Below are positions 19,564-29,321 of a stretch of 58,795 nt of DNA, in pieces (the first letter of the stretch is position 1; each line of letters starts with the position of its first letter). A program made the translations under genes and the position numbers. Origin of the DNA: a bacterium (lineage in GTDB: Bacteria; Patescibacteriota; Saccharimonadia; UBA4664; JBBRNT01). The DNA lies in NCBI GenBank assembly GCA_043767845.1, contig JAYUFZ010000024.1, forward strand, positions 1 through 58,795, in the 5' to 3' direction. A model generated the notes under the pieces. It saw only the letters and a program-made list of their open reading frames with translations, had not been told where the DNA came from and did no database searches.

Positions 19564-19665
19564 TATAATGACTGGGTTGAATTAACTAACCTTTTTCCTC
19601 GTTAAGCAAAACGGGGATTCTCAAAGCCTAAGGGCCAAGAGAATGCCATAGAAAGGTATTTTTTT
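19564..19665 (+). promoter_or_regulatory. rpsF promoter (-10 TATAAT) and structured leader, candidate S6:S18 autoregulatory element
   Basis: acctttt (19589) can pair with gaaaggt (19651), enclosing hairpins tcctcgtt/aacgggga and attctc/gagaat. Confidence 0.45.
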
Positions 19666-20055
19666 ATGCGCACGTACGAATTAGTGGTGCTTTTGCACCC
19701 AGACCTGGAGATTGACGTAGATTCGCCAATCGCCAAAATCGAAAAGCTTATTGAGGGCTTCTCGGGAAAGATCATCAAGCGCGACAATTGGGGCAAGAAA
19801 CGCCTCGCTTACCGCGTGAAGAAACAAGACTTCGCGATCTACGTCTATTTTGAAATGAGCTTACCGGCTGAGGGTGCCCGTAAACTTGAAGACTCTATCT
19901 TGATTACCGAAGAGGTAATGCGCCATCTTCTTGTGACTCACCAGCCAGTTGTCGAGCCTCCAGTCCGCAAGCCACGCGCTACTGCGCCTGCTGCTGTAGC
20001 TGAAGCCGAAGAAGGTAAGAAAGTTGCTACGGCGACAGTAAAAGAGGAGAACTAG
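19666..20055 (+). CDS. rpsF: 30S ribosomal protein S6
   Basis: MRTYEL...WGKKRLAY...VMRHL; rpsF-ssb-rpsR order. Confidence 0.98.
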   Translation: MRTYELVVLLHPDLEIDVDSPIAKIEKLIEGFSGKIIKRDNWGKKRLAYRVKKQDFAIYVYFEMSLPAEGARKLEDSILITEEVMRHLLVTHQPVVEPPVRKPRATAPAAVAEAEEGKKVATATVKEEN

Positions 20056-20057
20056 AC

Positions 20058-20564
20058 ATGGCCAAGAGCTTCAACCAAGCAATCGTAATGGGTAACCTAA
20101 CCCGTGACCCTGAATTGCGTAACACTCCCGGTGGCCAGGCTGTTGCCTCTTTTGCTATCGCCACCAATCGCACCTGGAACGACCAGGCTAGCGGGGAGCG
20201 GAAAGAAGCTGTCGAATACCATGAAATAGTTGCCTGGGGCAAGCTCGGCGAGCTCTGTGCCCAGTACCTCACCAAGGGCCGCAAGGCGATGGTGATCGGC
20301 CGTTTGCAAACCCAGTCTTGGGAGAAGGATGGCGTTAAGCGTTCACGGACCGAAATTGTGGCCAGCGACATCAATTTCCTCGACGGCCGTGGTGATGGTG
20401 GTAATTCGAGCGAAGCTGGCTATGCGCCACAAGCTTCGAGTAGCTCATCTAGCTCCTCTTCGTCCGCTAAGCCTGCTGCCTCCAAGCCGGCCAAATCGGC
20501 CGATGTCGTCATCGAAGATCTCGATTCTGACTCCCCAATTAACCTCGACGACATTCCGTTCTAG
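20058..20564 (+). CDS. ssb: single-stranded DNA-binding protein
   Basis: GNLTRDPELR OB fold; DDIPF tail. Confidence 0.99.
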   Translation: MAKSFNQAIVMGNLTRDPELRNTPGGQAVASFAIATNRTWNDQASGERKEAVEYHEIVAWGKLGELCAQYLTKGRKAMVIGRLQTQSWEKDGVKRSRTEIVASDINFLDGRGDGGNSSEAGYAPQASSSSSSSSSSAKPAASKPAKSADVVIEDLDSDSPINLDDIPF

Positions 20565-20604
20565 TTCGATTAATAATTAAACAACCCTTGTTAAAGGAAA
20601 CATA

Positions 20605-20823
20605 ATGGCTAATTTTTATAGCAAAAAAGTCTGTCGCTTCTGTGCCGAGCACACCGACACGATTGATTACAAAGACATCAAACTCTTGCAACGCTACCTT
20701 TCTAGCTACGGCAAGATCGAATCCCGCAAGCGTAGTGGTACCTGCATGCGCCACCAGCGCCTGGTTGTACGGTCACTCAAGCGTGCGCGACATCTCGCTC
20801 TTCTGCCTTTTGTAGTCAAATAA
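20605..20823 (+). CDS. rpsR: 30S ribosomal protein S18
   Basis: CRFC, IDYKD, GKI..R, KRAR.LALLP. Confidence 0.98.
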   Translation: MANFYSKKVCRFCAEHTDTIDYKDIKLLQRYLSSYGKIESRKRSGTCMRHQRLVVRSLKRARHLALLPFVVK

Positions 20824-20860
20824 GCAAACTTTAACGGCCGTAGTGGCATAAAGGAAATAC

Positions 20861-21421
20861 ATGTTAGGACATACAGACCTCAAAAAAGGTGTGCTCATCG
20901 AAGTCGACGGCGCGCCGCAGCAAGTTATCGATTCATCACATATCGCCATGGGCCGCGGTGGGGCAGTAATGCGCACCAAGCTCAAGAATCTGCTCACTGG
21001 CGCTATGACGGAAAAGTCGTTTCGTGGTTCAGACAAAATCACCGAACCAGACATGGAGCGTGTCAGTATGCAATTCCTGTACGGTTCTGGCGATGAATTT
21101 GTGTTCATGAATGGTACAACCTTCGATCAAGAAACACTGAACGCCGAAATGGTCGGTGACGCTAGCAAGTATCTGACCGAAGAGGCCACAGTGCAGCTGT
21201 TGAAGTTCAATGGGCGAGTCATCTCGCTGGAAATGCCGAATTCAGTATTCCTCAAGGTTACCGAAGCTGGCATGGGCGCCAAGGGCGATACAGCCAACGC
21301 TGCCCTCAAGCCTGCCATCGTCGAAACCGGTGCCGAGCTGATGGTGCCTATGTTTGTGAAGCAAGGTGATATTATCAAAGTAGACACCCGCACCGGAGCT
21401 TACTTAGAACGAAAGAAGTAG
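20861..21421 (+). CDS. efp: translation elongation factor P
   Basis: KGDTA, KPAIVETG, VPMFV..GD.IKVDTR.G.Y.ER; tip loop MGRGGA. Confidence 0.97.
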   Translation: MLGHTDLKKGVLIEVDGAPQQVIDSSHIAMGRGGAVMRTKLKNLLTGAMTEKSFRGSDKITEPDMERVSMQFLYGSGDEFVFMNGTTFDQETLNAEMVGDASKYLTEEATVQLLKFNGRVISLEMPNSVFLKVTEAGMGAKGDTANAALKPAIVETGAELMVPMFVKQGDIIKVDTRTGAYLERKK

Positions 21422-22161
21422 TGGCGAAACAACGGCTCGACATACTCATAACTGAGCGCGGACTCGCACCAAGCCGCACAGTCGCCCAGGCATTAATTAT
21501 GTCGGGCGCTGTTCGTTCTGGGGACAAGGTCCTGGATAAACCGGGGCTGAGTGTGGCCGAAGACATCGAACTTGTTATTAAGAACCTGCCTAGGTACGTC
21601 TCCAGGGGAGGGGATAAGCTGGCATCGGTGGCCCGGGAGTTTGGGGTCAACTTTAGCGACCGCATCGTCTTAGACGTCGGCTCATCAACTGGCGGCTTTA
21701 GCGACTACGCGCTGCAACACGGCGCCATCAAAACCTTTTGCGTCGATGCCGGCACTAGCCAGCTTGCCTACAAACTACGCCAAGACAGCCGGGTAGTGGT
21801 CATGGAGCGTACTGATATTCGCGATGTCTTACCCGAGCAAATGCTGACTGATGGCCAACTACCTGATTTGGCAGTGATCGACGTATCGTTTATTTCGGTG
21901 GTAAAAGTCCTGGCCCCGGCCGCTCGGCTGATCAAACCCCAGGCTCCAATCATCGCCCTCATGAAGCCGCAATTCGAAGCCGGCAAGCAAATAGCAGACC
22001 GCTTTAAGGGTGTGATAGCCGATGAGACTATCCGCCAACAGCTCATCACTGATTTTGAAGCCGCTATCTCAGCTGATTTTGAAATAGTCAGCGCCAAAGA
22101 TTCGGGTGTGCATGGTATGGAAGGCAATCGCGAACGCTTTTATCATCTCGTTTGTCGCTAG
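21421..22161 (+). CDS. tlyA: TlyA family rRNA methyltransferase
   Basis: S4 domain, YVSRGG.KL, LDVGSSTGGF, DVSFIS, KPQFE, GN.E. Confidence 0.95.
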   Translation: MAKQRLDILITERGLAPSRTVAQALIMSGAVRSGDKVLDKPGLSVAEDIELVIKNLPRYVSRGGDKLASVAREFGVNFSDRIVLDVGSSTGGFSDYALQHGAIKTFCVDAGTSQLAYKLRQDSRVVVMERTDIRDVLPEQMLTDGQLPDLAVIDVSFISVVKVLAPAARLIKPQAPIIALMKPQFEAGKQIADRFKGVIADETIRQQLITDFEAAISADFEIVSAKDSGVHGMEGNRERFYHLVCR

Positions 22162-22202
22162 CCGCTTGCCATTATAATTCTTATGGCTATATAATGTAGC
22201 CA

Positions 22203-22787
22203 ATGCGAAAAAACGTTGTGCCAATATGTTTGGGGGTAAGTCTAGTAGTTATCATAGCTCTGGCTATTTACGTGCGTAATTTAGAATCCAAGAACCAATC
22301 GCTTACCGATCAGTTAGCAGCTGCAAAAATAGCTGGCAATAACCTACCTGGGACTCTGACCGCTCAGGACAAGCTAGTCCGTTACTCCAACAAAAAATAT
22401 CAGTTTACCATGACGGTCGCCAAAGATCTAAAGACCGAGAAGCTGGAAAATGGCCTTAAATTTGGCACGAAATTAACTGGCTACACACCGGATAAAGACG
22501 TAAACGATGGGCTTGCTACCGCTACAGCCGCTGAGGGTTTCTTCCCACCGCGGGATGCTCCCGGGCCGGCTACTGGTAGTGCCGAGAAAGTTGCAATTAA
22601 CGGCTTAACTTTCACCAAAGAAACCTATCTTAGCCCAGCCATCGCGACTACCAAACTCAAAATGGTCAATTATACTTTTTACGGAGTTGGCTATGCATAC
22701 CGTATGCATTTTGAGGCTAGTCAGGCGAATACTCAGCTCTGGGAGAAGTTTGAGGCTGCAGCGAAATCATTTCAGCTCGCCCAGTAA
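22203..22787 (+). CDS. hypothetical membrane-anchored/secreted protein (PsbP-like fold possible)
   Basis: N-terminal TM, short coiled coil, YSNKKYQF and C-terminal ..KSF pattern. Confidence 0.6.
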   Translation: MRKNVVPICLGVSLVVIIALAIYVRNLESKNQSLTDQLAAAKIAGNNLPGTLTAQDKLVRYSNKKYQFTMTVAKDLKTEKLENGLKFGTKLTGYTPDKDVNDGLATATAAEGFFPPRDAPGPATGSAEKVAINGLTFTKETYLSPAIATTKLKMVNYTFYGVGYAYRMHFEASQANTQLWEKFEAAAKSFQLAQ

Positions 22788-22791
22788 CTCT

Positions 22792-23865
22792 CTAAACGTT
22801 GAACCGAAACTCCACTACATCGCCATCAGCCATCGTGTAATCTTTTCCTTCGAGGCGCACCTTGCCGGCAGCCTTAGCGGCGGTCATGTTACCAGCGGCC
22901 GATAGGTCAGCATAGTTCACAATCTCAGCTTTGATAAAACCTTTTTGGAAGTCGGTGTGGATAACTCCAGCCGCCATCGGAGCCGTGTCGCCCTTGTGTA
23001 TCGTCCAAGCCCGAACTTCCTTGGGTCCGGCGGTCAGGTAGGTTTGCAGACCGAGAATGTCAAAGCCGGCAGTGATCAACTGTTCCAGCCCTGACAACTT
23101 TTGGCCCAGTTCACCAAGTAGTTCGGCTGCTTCTTCAGGGGCTAGCTCACTCAATTCGGCTTCTATTTTGGCCGAAAGGAAGATAGCCTTGGCAGGGGAC
23201 ACCAGCTTAGCTAAGTCAGTTTGCTTGGCTGTATTGCCGAGCTCCCCCTCATCAATATTAAAGACGTAAATAAATGGCTTGGCCGTGAGCAGCTGTAGAT
23301 CATCAATCAATGCAAGATCAAGACCGGCCGAGTAAAGTGTTTGGCCAGCATCGAGAATCTGTTTAGCCTTTTCGGCTACGTCCAAGGCCTCTTTTTGCTG
23401 GGGGTCTTTTTTGATGTCACCTCGGAGCTTGTTCAACCGGTTCTCCAGTGTGGCCAAATCGGCCAGGATGAGCTCGGTATTTATAGTCTCAATATCATCC
23501 TTGGGGTCAATCTTGCCCTCCACGTGGATGACATCGCCATCGGAAAAGACCCGAACCACTTGGCAGATAGCGCTTGTCTCACGAATATTGGCCAGGAATT
23601 TGTTGCCCAGGCCTTGGCCCTCGGAGGCGCCACGAACCAGGCCGGCGATATCTACGAAGGTGACAGTGGCCGGCAGGATTTTCTCGGAATTATATATCTG
23701 GGCTAGGCGGTCGAGGCGTTTGTCGGGTAGTGGAACGATGCCGACGTTGGGGTCGATGGTGGCGAAGGGATAGTTGGCGGCCAGCACATTATTCTTGGTG
23801 AGGGCATTGAAAAGGGTAGATTTGCCGACGTTGGGCAGGCCGACGATACCGATAGACAGGCTCAT
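22792..23865 (-). CDS. ychF: redox-regulated ribosome-binding ATPase YchF
   Basis: GLPNVGKSTLFN, ANYPFATI, DIAGLV.GAS.G.GLGN.FL, TGS domain. Confidence 0.98.
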   Translation of the reverse strand: MSLSIGIVGLPNVGKSTLFNALTKNNVLAANYPFATIDPNVGIVPLPDKRLDRLAQIYNSEKILPATVTFVDIAGLVRGASEGQGLGNKFLANIRETSAICQVVRVFSDGDVIHVEGKIDPKDDIETINTELILADLATLENRLNKLRGDIKKDPQQKEALDVAEKAKQILDAGQTLYSAGLDLALIDDLQLLTAKPFIYVFNIDEGELGNTAKQTDLAKLVSPAKAIFLSAKIEAELSELAPEEAAELLGELGQKLSGLEQLITAGFDILGLQTYLTAGPKEVRAWTIHKGDTAPMAAGVIHTDFQKGFIKAEIVNYADLSAAGNMTAAKAAGKVRLEGKDYTMADGDVVEFRFNV

Positions 23866-23866
23866 A

Positions 23867-24256
23867 TTATTTCCTTAGGGGTTTAGCGTTTTTGTGAATC
23901 CAGGCGGCGACATCGGCCAGGTCGGGGTGAAACCCGGCTACTTCTAGTGTGAAGTGCTCTTTTTCGGCCTGACTAGCAGTGAGTTGGTACGTGTTGAGGA
24001 AGAGGTAATACTCCAGGCAGGTGATGGCCGTGCGCTTATTGCCGTCGACCAAGACATGATAGTTACACAACGCTTCAAAAAGCGCCGCGGCTTTGTCGGG
24101 GAGGGCAGGGTAGAGGTCTTCGCCACCAAAGCTGGCATTCGGTTTCTCGACTATCGCCGCCAAAAGCCCCGGCTCGCGCAGCCCAAGGCTGCCGCCGGTC
24201 AGCTCAACAACACGATCGTGAATACGAATTATATCTTGACTGGTTAGCTGTGACAT
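23867..24256 (-). CDS. doc: Doc/Fic family toxin
   Basis: GLREPGLL, LYP...KAAAL, HVLVDGNKRTA (Doc-type motif). Confidence 0.93.
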   Translation of the reverse strand: MSQLTSQDIIRIHDRVVELTGGSLGLREPGLLAAIVEKPNASFGGEDLYPALPDKAAALFEALCNYHVLVDGNKRTAITCLEYYLFLNTYQLTASQAEKEHFTLEVAGFHPDLADVAAWIHKNAKPLRK

Positions 24257-24468
24257 TACTTGTCGCTAAGTGAGTCAAGCAAGGCGCGGTTCTCGACGAC
24301 ATAAGCCTCCAGCCAAGGATCGAGGCGATTGGCTTGGTCCGAGACGGGCTGCAGCTCGAAGATAGGCTGCGAGCGTTTTACTACAGTAAAGCTCTCGCCC
24401 TTAGCCACACGGGCGGCGATCTCGGTGGTATTTTCACGCAATTCTTTGAGGCCGATGATGGTGCTCAT
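24256..24468 (-). CDS. phd: Phd/YefM family antitoxin
   Basis: IIGLKELREN...V.KGESFTVV.RS.P; stop overlaps the doc start. Confidence 0.9.
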   Translation of the reverse strand: MSTIIGLKELRENTTEIAARVAKGESFTVVKRSQPIFELQPVSDQANRLDPWLEAYVVENRALLDSLSDK

Positions 24469-24483
24469 GATTTAGACCTTATT

Positions 24484-24526
24484 TAAAGATTATCTTTAGT
24501 TTATCTTAAGATGATCTTTGTGTCAA
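24484..24526 (-). promoter_or_regulatory. phd-doc promoter with two palindromic operators (AAGAT-N-ATCTT)
   Basis: Minus strand TTGACA-17-TAAACT; palindromes taaagattatcttta (24484-24498) and aagatgatctt (24508-24518). Confidence 0.75.
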
Positions 24527-24670
24527 GCTGAGGCTGCGGCAAATTCTTGTGAATTATGTTACTGCTCAAGCTGTACAAATCTAGATAATGAGTGTATGGT
24601 GAGGCTACTTATAGTTGGTGCTCATTGACATACCGCTTCCAACAGATACCACCGTCCCGGAAGGACCCCC

Positions 24671-25309
24671 ATGCCTGCAAACAAGCGCATCTCTCGCCGG
24701 TCCAGTGCCCTTTGGCTGGTGGCGATCCTCGCTCTCCCGTTCCTTTTCTTGACCGCCGCCAAGGCCAACCCGGTCCAAGCCTCCGCCAAGCGCAGGGTCT
24801 TGGTCAAGAAAGTTGCGACGTCCAGGAAGTCTGCCGCTAAGCCCTCACCAGGTGCAGGTACCAAGTTGCTCCAAGTGACGACGACCATTGCGCCAAATCC
24901 ATGCGACAACGGAGGAACCCCACGGGATTGGCCTGAGGGAAAAGGGTGTTGGCCTTATATCATAAACTATGGCGATAAAGTTCGGCCGAATTGGGTTGGA
25001 GTATCGGTTAAGATACTTCAGAAAGAAATGTATGTGCCAGCGGGGGGTACTATCAAGTTCAAAGTTGAGATTGAACCAAAGCCCGTTGTGCCTCTGCGGT
25101 TTGGAGTCTGGCAGGTGCCTGAGAGCCATTCCATGCCATGGGATACAGATCCAGTGATTTTTGACACAACTGTCCTCGATGGCTCGGGTGAATACCAAGT
25201 TGTTTTGCCCATGGATATCAGCAATTATTCATTTGGATTGCAGCTTATCAACTCAGCCGTACCAGTCTCTGGGTCTAAGATAGTGATGGTTTTCACTCGC
25301 ATGAGTTAG
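24671..25309 (+). CDS. hypothetical secreted protein
   Basis: Signal-peptide-like N-terminus ending AAKA, basic linker, beta-rich domain; AAGGA RBS and own terminator. Confidence 0.7.
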   Translation: MPANKRISRRSSALWLVAILALPFLFLTAAKANPVQASAKRRVLVKKVATSRKSAAKPSPGAGTKLLQVTTTIAPNPCDNGGTPRDWPEGKGCWPYIINYGDKVRPNWVGVSVKILQKEMYVPAGGTIKFKVEIEPKPVVPLRFGVWQVPESHSMPWDTDPVIFDTTVLDGSGEYQVVLPMDISNYSFGLQLINSAVPVSGSKIVMVFTRMS

Positions 25310-25330
25310 CCCGCCTTCCGGCGGGTTTTT
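25308..25330 (+). terminator. rho-independent terminator
   Basis: agcccgcc-ttcc-ggcgggttttt. Confidence 0.85.
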
Positions 25331-25369
25331 CGATAGTACACTCGCTTGCCAGCTTAAAGTATTTCGGTT

Positions 25370-25579
25370 ATGCTTTTGCTAAGTATGAGTGAGAAATCAA
25401 CCACCCTGGTTTTAGTCGGTAGTGTACTAGTTTTAATATTGGTATTACTCGCCTCATCTTTTATTTTTTCTCTCAATTCAACTCATAAAAGTAGCAAAGC
25501 AAGCAGTCCATTGCCCACAACTAAGGCAGTGGGAACACCAGGAAAGGCGGCTCCGAGTGCTCCAGCGACACTATTTTAA
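25370..25579 (+). CDS. small single-TM hypothetical protein
   Basis: Hydrophobic stretch then Ser/Pro/Thr tail; overlaps the start of the next gene. Confidence 0.5.
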   Translation: MLLLSMSEKSTTLVLVGSVLVLILVLLASSFIFSLNSTHKSSKASSPLPTTKAVGTPGKAAPSAPATLF

Positions 25580-28500
25580 AGCCCTAATAGTAGCTGCTAG
25601 CCTAGTAGGCTTATTATTATCCGATACAGCTAGTGCACTGAACGTAGTCACTCCTTATACCGCAGTTGATAGTGCTACTGCCCAAACTAATGTTAACCAG
25701 GGATGTACTGCCGTAACAGTGTATGACATTGACGGTATTGCGGCTTATTTCGAAGCATACGTAGCAGGTGGTGTTGGCAGAACGGTTTCTACAACGTCAA
25801 CAACTATCAATATTGGCTCATGGTTTGAATACTGCTACAGAACTTTAAACACAACTACGAGCGGTGGAGTAGCTGTTACCTATAATAGTATTCAATCTGA
25901 CGGCTTTAACGCTTTTGGAGATCCAGCTAAGCCGTGTGTTTCCGGTGCGCTAATCGCGCCCAGCGGTGGGATAAACTCCAACAGTGTTCCAAACGCAGGC
26001 CAGCCTGCAACGCTCGTTGGTGAGAGTGCATTCAACGTGACTGGACTTGTACCAGGGAGGAATTGCTTTAAGTTTTACGCTCAAGCGACTGCAACAATAA
26101 CCCAAACTAAGCCGACATTTAAGCAGTATGTTAAAAAAGATCGCACAACCACCAATCAAGACATAGATGAGATGCACTTTTACATAGATTATGCTCCCGC
26201 GACAGTAAACTGCCCAAACACCAAGCCGGACAAGGGCTTTGGGTGTTGCCCACTAACGGCGAGTGGCGCGGATAAAGGGCGCCCAAAGACAAGCTCAACC
26301 GACCCATGCGGTGGAAGTATTACCTATTGTCTTGACGGCACCCCAGTGCCAGCACCTCCCGCCACCTGCACCCCGCCTCCATCAGCTAGTACGGTCCCGC
26401 ACAAGTTCATGCTCGGCAGTTTCGTGAAGCCGGCGCTAGATTATGTGCGCGATAACTTTTCGTTACCAATAGACTTATTTATGTATATATGGGCCGATGT
26501 TGGGCAGCGCGCTGCAACTTGTAACTCGGCGATTATTTGCAGTACTGGGCATCTTTGGAATAATGGACGCTGGGCACCCTCGGAACTAGGTTCAGACGAT
26601 ACCAATGATAATAAATGGGACGGGAATCCTAACTTCCCGGGCTTTGCTTTCGACGTCGGCCAGGAAGACCCATCGCTCTGCTATCCAAAGGTATTTCACC
26701 CGGCGACGCTGGTGCCGCCGAGGGCTGCTTACTGGGACTATGAATGCCAGGACCATTTGCCGATGGCATATGAAGCCAGCCCGGCATATGGTGGCGGTAC
26801 AAATGACGGCAATATCTGGATACATGCCTTAAAACATACCGTTCCTTTTTTCTTCGGCTATGATGCGTTTGTCGGAGGAATAGTGTCTCCATATAGTGAG
26901 GCAGACCCACGATTCTTCAATCTGGATACGGTAGCCGCAGCAGGCAAGTTTGCCACGCACGTCAACCAAGTCCAGATATCCAAAACGCACGCCGCCGCTA
27001 TAGGCATAACTGCCGCTGGCGGTACGCAAGTAACAGCTTGGCAAGGCCTCGTGAGTCCCGGCAGGCTGCAGCAAGACTACGCTAATACGCTTAATCTACC
27101 TGGAGGTAGTCAGGGGCCACAAACTAGTACTTGGGATAATATTAAAAACCCGAGCAAGGGCGGCTTTAGTGAGGTTATTCGACCACCCTTCTTCGGGGAT
27201 TTCACTGGTGCCCAAAATATTAATCCATCGGTGGCCGTAGACTCAAAAGCTTTGAACTTCATTTTTGGGCATGTAATTGCTACATCTTTACTCCAAGATG
27301 GTAATGGGAATGGATATCACCAACCAACAGAGCCGCTTACCTATACGGCTTCTATCACTGGAGCGGACGATGTTTCGCTCCGTTGGGAAGAGTACGCCGA
27401 CTGGGAGCAGATTGATAATAAGGGGCATTACTTCACTCAAAAACAATCGATACCTACGGGTGCCTATAAGGGTGCAGCACAAGATAATAGCATTAGCTAT
27501 GTTCCGAGTCCTGTAGTAGACCCAGGAAGCTCTGAGCTGATACCGCCTCCAATCTGCCTAACGCCTCCATGTCCAATAATACCGCCCACCTTTACAGTCC
27601 CAAGCCTGATTCCAGTACAGACCGGATATATCATAAACGATCGCTCGATCCGCTATTACGCACCGACAGTCGAGTCAAAATTTGGCTGGATTAACCCGCC
27701 TGGGCTAGCCGCTGGTCAGCGCTTTGCTGGGCCAGGCTCGGCGCCATACTCAGTCGTTGGTAATAGCTACTTTAACCCCGATGTTACGGTAAATCAGCCC
27801 TGGGCTAGTATATTTGGTGACTCTTCAGGGCGGCCGTGGTGGCAGCCTCAGAATTTGCCAGCCCCATATACAGTTTACTCTTCAAGAGACGCTAGTGGTG
27901 CGACGCAAGGGCCCGCTGCCATACATAACGGCGATTGGACATTTGACCAAACCGACCCAGCCTACACAAACCGATCTTTGTTCACCATCCCTCAAGATAC
28001 TGATTCTTTCCCATATAGCATTACACCAGTTTTCAGCTATTATTCCGTATATCCAAACGGCTCAGTCTCTGGTGCCGTCCAGACCGATACAGTCAGAACG
28101 TTCCCGAGTTCGCGTGAGCTCTATGAGAACAGTCCATGGCCAGGCCCTGATCAAATCTATGGCCTCTACGATGACGGAGCTCATTCTGCAACCAAGGACG
28201 ACACAACTGATGGCTTGGTAGACGCCAGCTGGCAGTGGGTCGATAACTATCGCCGTGTCCACTATGAGGTCACTAAAGACCATATCCGTGACTTTGGACC
28301 GCGCCGACTTGCTGACCCGACTGCCGGAATAGACTGTAGTGGTAGCGACGCGTACTTTAGAAATACTGATACTGTAAGCTGCGCAGCCCCAGGACGCGGT
28401 GTTGCCACCATCGTCAACCCAACCATCGAGGCCAATGCCAACGGCACCGCGACAGGGGACATCTACTCTGGCGGCGCGATCGATAGCTATTTCCAGACCT

Positions 28501-29252
28501 CCAGAGCCGGTTCAGCCTTCCTCTTTGCTAAGGATCCTAGCTTGAGCTCAGGAACGAACAACTTCACCACTGGTGGCGGTAAATACCCTGGCTACATACT
28601 CAATCCAGATCGCTCGCGAGTAAATATTGCCTACTGTGATGCCACTTGTGCCAACCCCATTGACAATGTTTTCCGCGACCCAACCTACGCGACAATGCAG
28701 TCGATGGCGCGGCCAATAGGACCTAGCATTTCTGGGAACTTCAATCTCAAGATCGGTAATAACATCTTCTGGCGCAATGGCGACCTTACTATCAATGCTG
28801 GCGCGAGCTTCTGCCGGGGAGCGGGCACAATACTGGTCGAAGGTAATTTGATAATCAACGGCGACTTCGACTACTGCGGTAACCCAGTGACTAAGCGCGA
28901 CCAGATAGCTTCGGTGGGCTTCATCGTCAAAGGCAATATCACTGTCGCCACAGGCGTCCAGTCGGGAGTGGGCACTATGTTCAGCGCCGGGACGTTTACT
29001 ACCGAAAGTATCGTTGACCCCGGCAACCTGACCACCAGTGACGTACCGTTTACCTTGAGCGGACTGGTAGTAGCGCTGCGCTTTGACCTGCGCCGTCAGC
29101 TTGATCCAATTCCTGATGGTGCCGGGGGGTATACAAAGCCGCAGGAGGAAACATTTAACTACGATGGGCGAATAGTCGTTGCGCCTCCCCCAGGCTTTAT
29201 GAACCTCTATAGTGCCAAAGCCGTCTGGAATGAAGCAGTACCGTACAATTAA
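25557..29252 (+). CDS. large secreted Cys/Pro-rich protein, putative pilus-associated adhesin
   Basis: Signal peptide, paired cysteines, Pro linkers, C-terminal GDLTIN/GNLIING/GNITV beta-solenoid-like repeats ending PPPGF..WNE; first large gene of the pilus locus. Confidence 0.7.
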   Translation: MLQRHYFKALIVAASLVGLLLSDTASALNVVTPYTAVDSATAQTNVNQGCTAVTVYDIDGIAAYFEAYVAGGVGRTVSTTSTTINIGSWFEYCYRTLNTTTSGGVAVTYNSIQSDGFNAFGDPAKPCVSGALIAPSGGINSNSVPNAGQPATLVGESAFNVTGLVPGRNCFKFYAQATATITQTKPTFKQYVKKDRTTTNQDIDEMHFYIDYAPATVNCPNTKPDKGFGCCPLTASGADKGRPKTSSTDPCGGSITYCLDGTPVPAPPATCTPPPSASTVPHKFMLGSFVKPALDYVRDNFSLPIDLFMYIWADVGQRAATCNSAIICSTGHLWNNGRWAPSELGSDDTNDNKWDGNPNFPGFAFDVGQEDPSLCYPKVFHPATLVPPRAAYWDYECQDHLPMAYEASPAYGGGTNDGNIWIHALKHTVPFFFGYDAFVGGIVSPYSEADPRFFNLDTVAAAGKFATHVNQVQISKTHAAAIGITAAGGTQVTAWQGLVSPGRLQQDYANTLNLPGGSQGPQTSTWDNIKNPSKGGFSEVIRPPFFGDFTGAQNINPSVAVDSKALNFIFGHVIATSLLQDGNGNGYHQPTEPLTYTASITGADDVSLRWEEYADWEQIDNKGHYFTQKQSIPTGAYKGAAQDNSISYVPSPVVDPGSSELIPPPICLTPPCPIIPPTFTVPSLIPVQTGYIINDRSIRYYAPTVESKFGWINPPGLAAGQRFAGPGSAPYSVVGNSYFNPDVTVNQPWASIFGDSSGRPWWQPQNLPAPYTVYSSRDASGATQGPAAIHNGDWTFDQTDPAYTNRSLFTIPQDTDSFPYSITPVFSYYSVYPNGSVSGAVQTDTVRTFPSSRELYENSPWPGPDQIYGLYDDGAHSATKDDTTDGLVDASWQWVDNYRRVHYEVTKDHIRDFGPRRLADPTAGIDCSGSDAYFRNTDTVSCAAPGRGVATIVNPTIEANANGTATGDIYSGGAIDSYFQTSRAGSAFLFAKDPSLSSGTNNFTTGGGKYPGYILNPDRSRVNIAYCDATCANPIDNVFRDPTYATMQSMARPIGPSISGNFNLKIGNNIFWRNGDLTINAGASFCRGAGTILVEGNLIINGDFDYCGNPVTKRDQIASVGFIVKGNITVATGVQSGVGTMFSAGTFTTESIVDPGNLTTSDVPFTLSGLVVALRFDLRRQLDPIPDGAGGYTKPQEETFNYDGRIVVAPPPGFMNLYSAKAVWNEAVPYN

Positions 29253-29321
29253 TCGACCGAACTATTGCCCAGCATAAGCGTAATGTTGTAGTATGGTCTT
29301 AATAGGTGAATAAATAGACAC

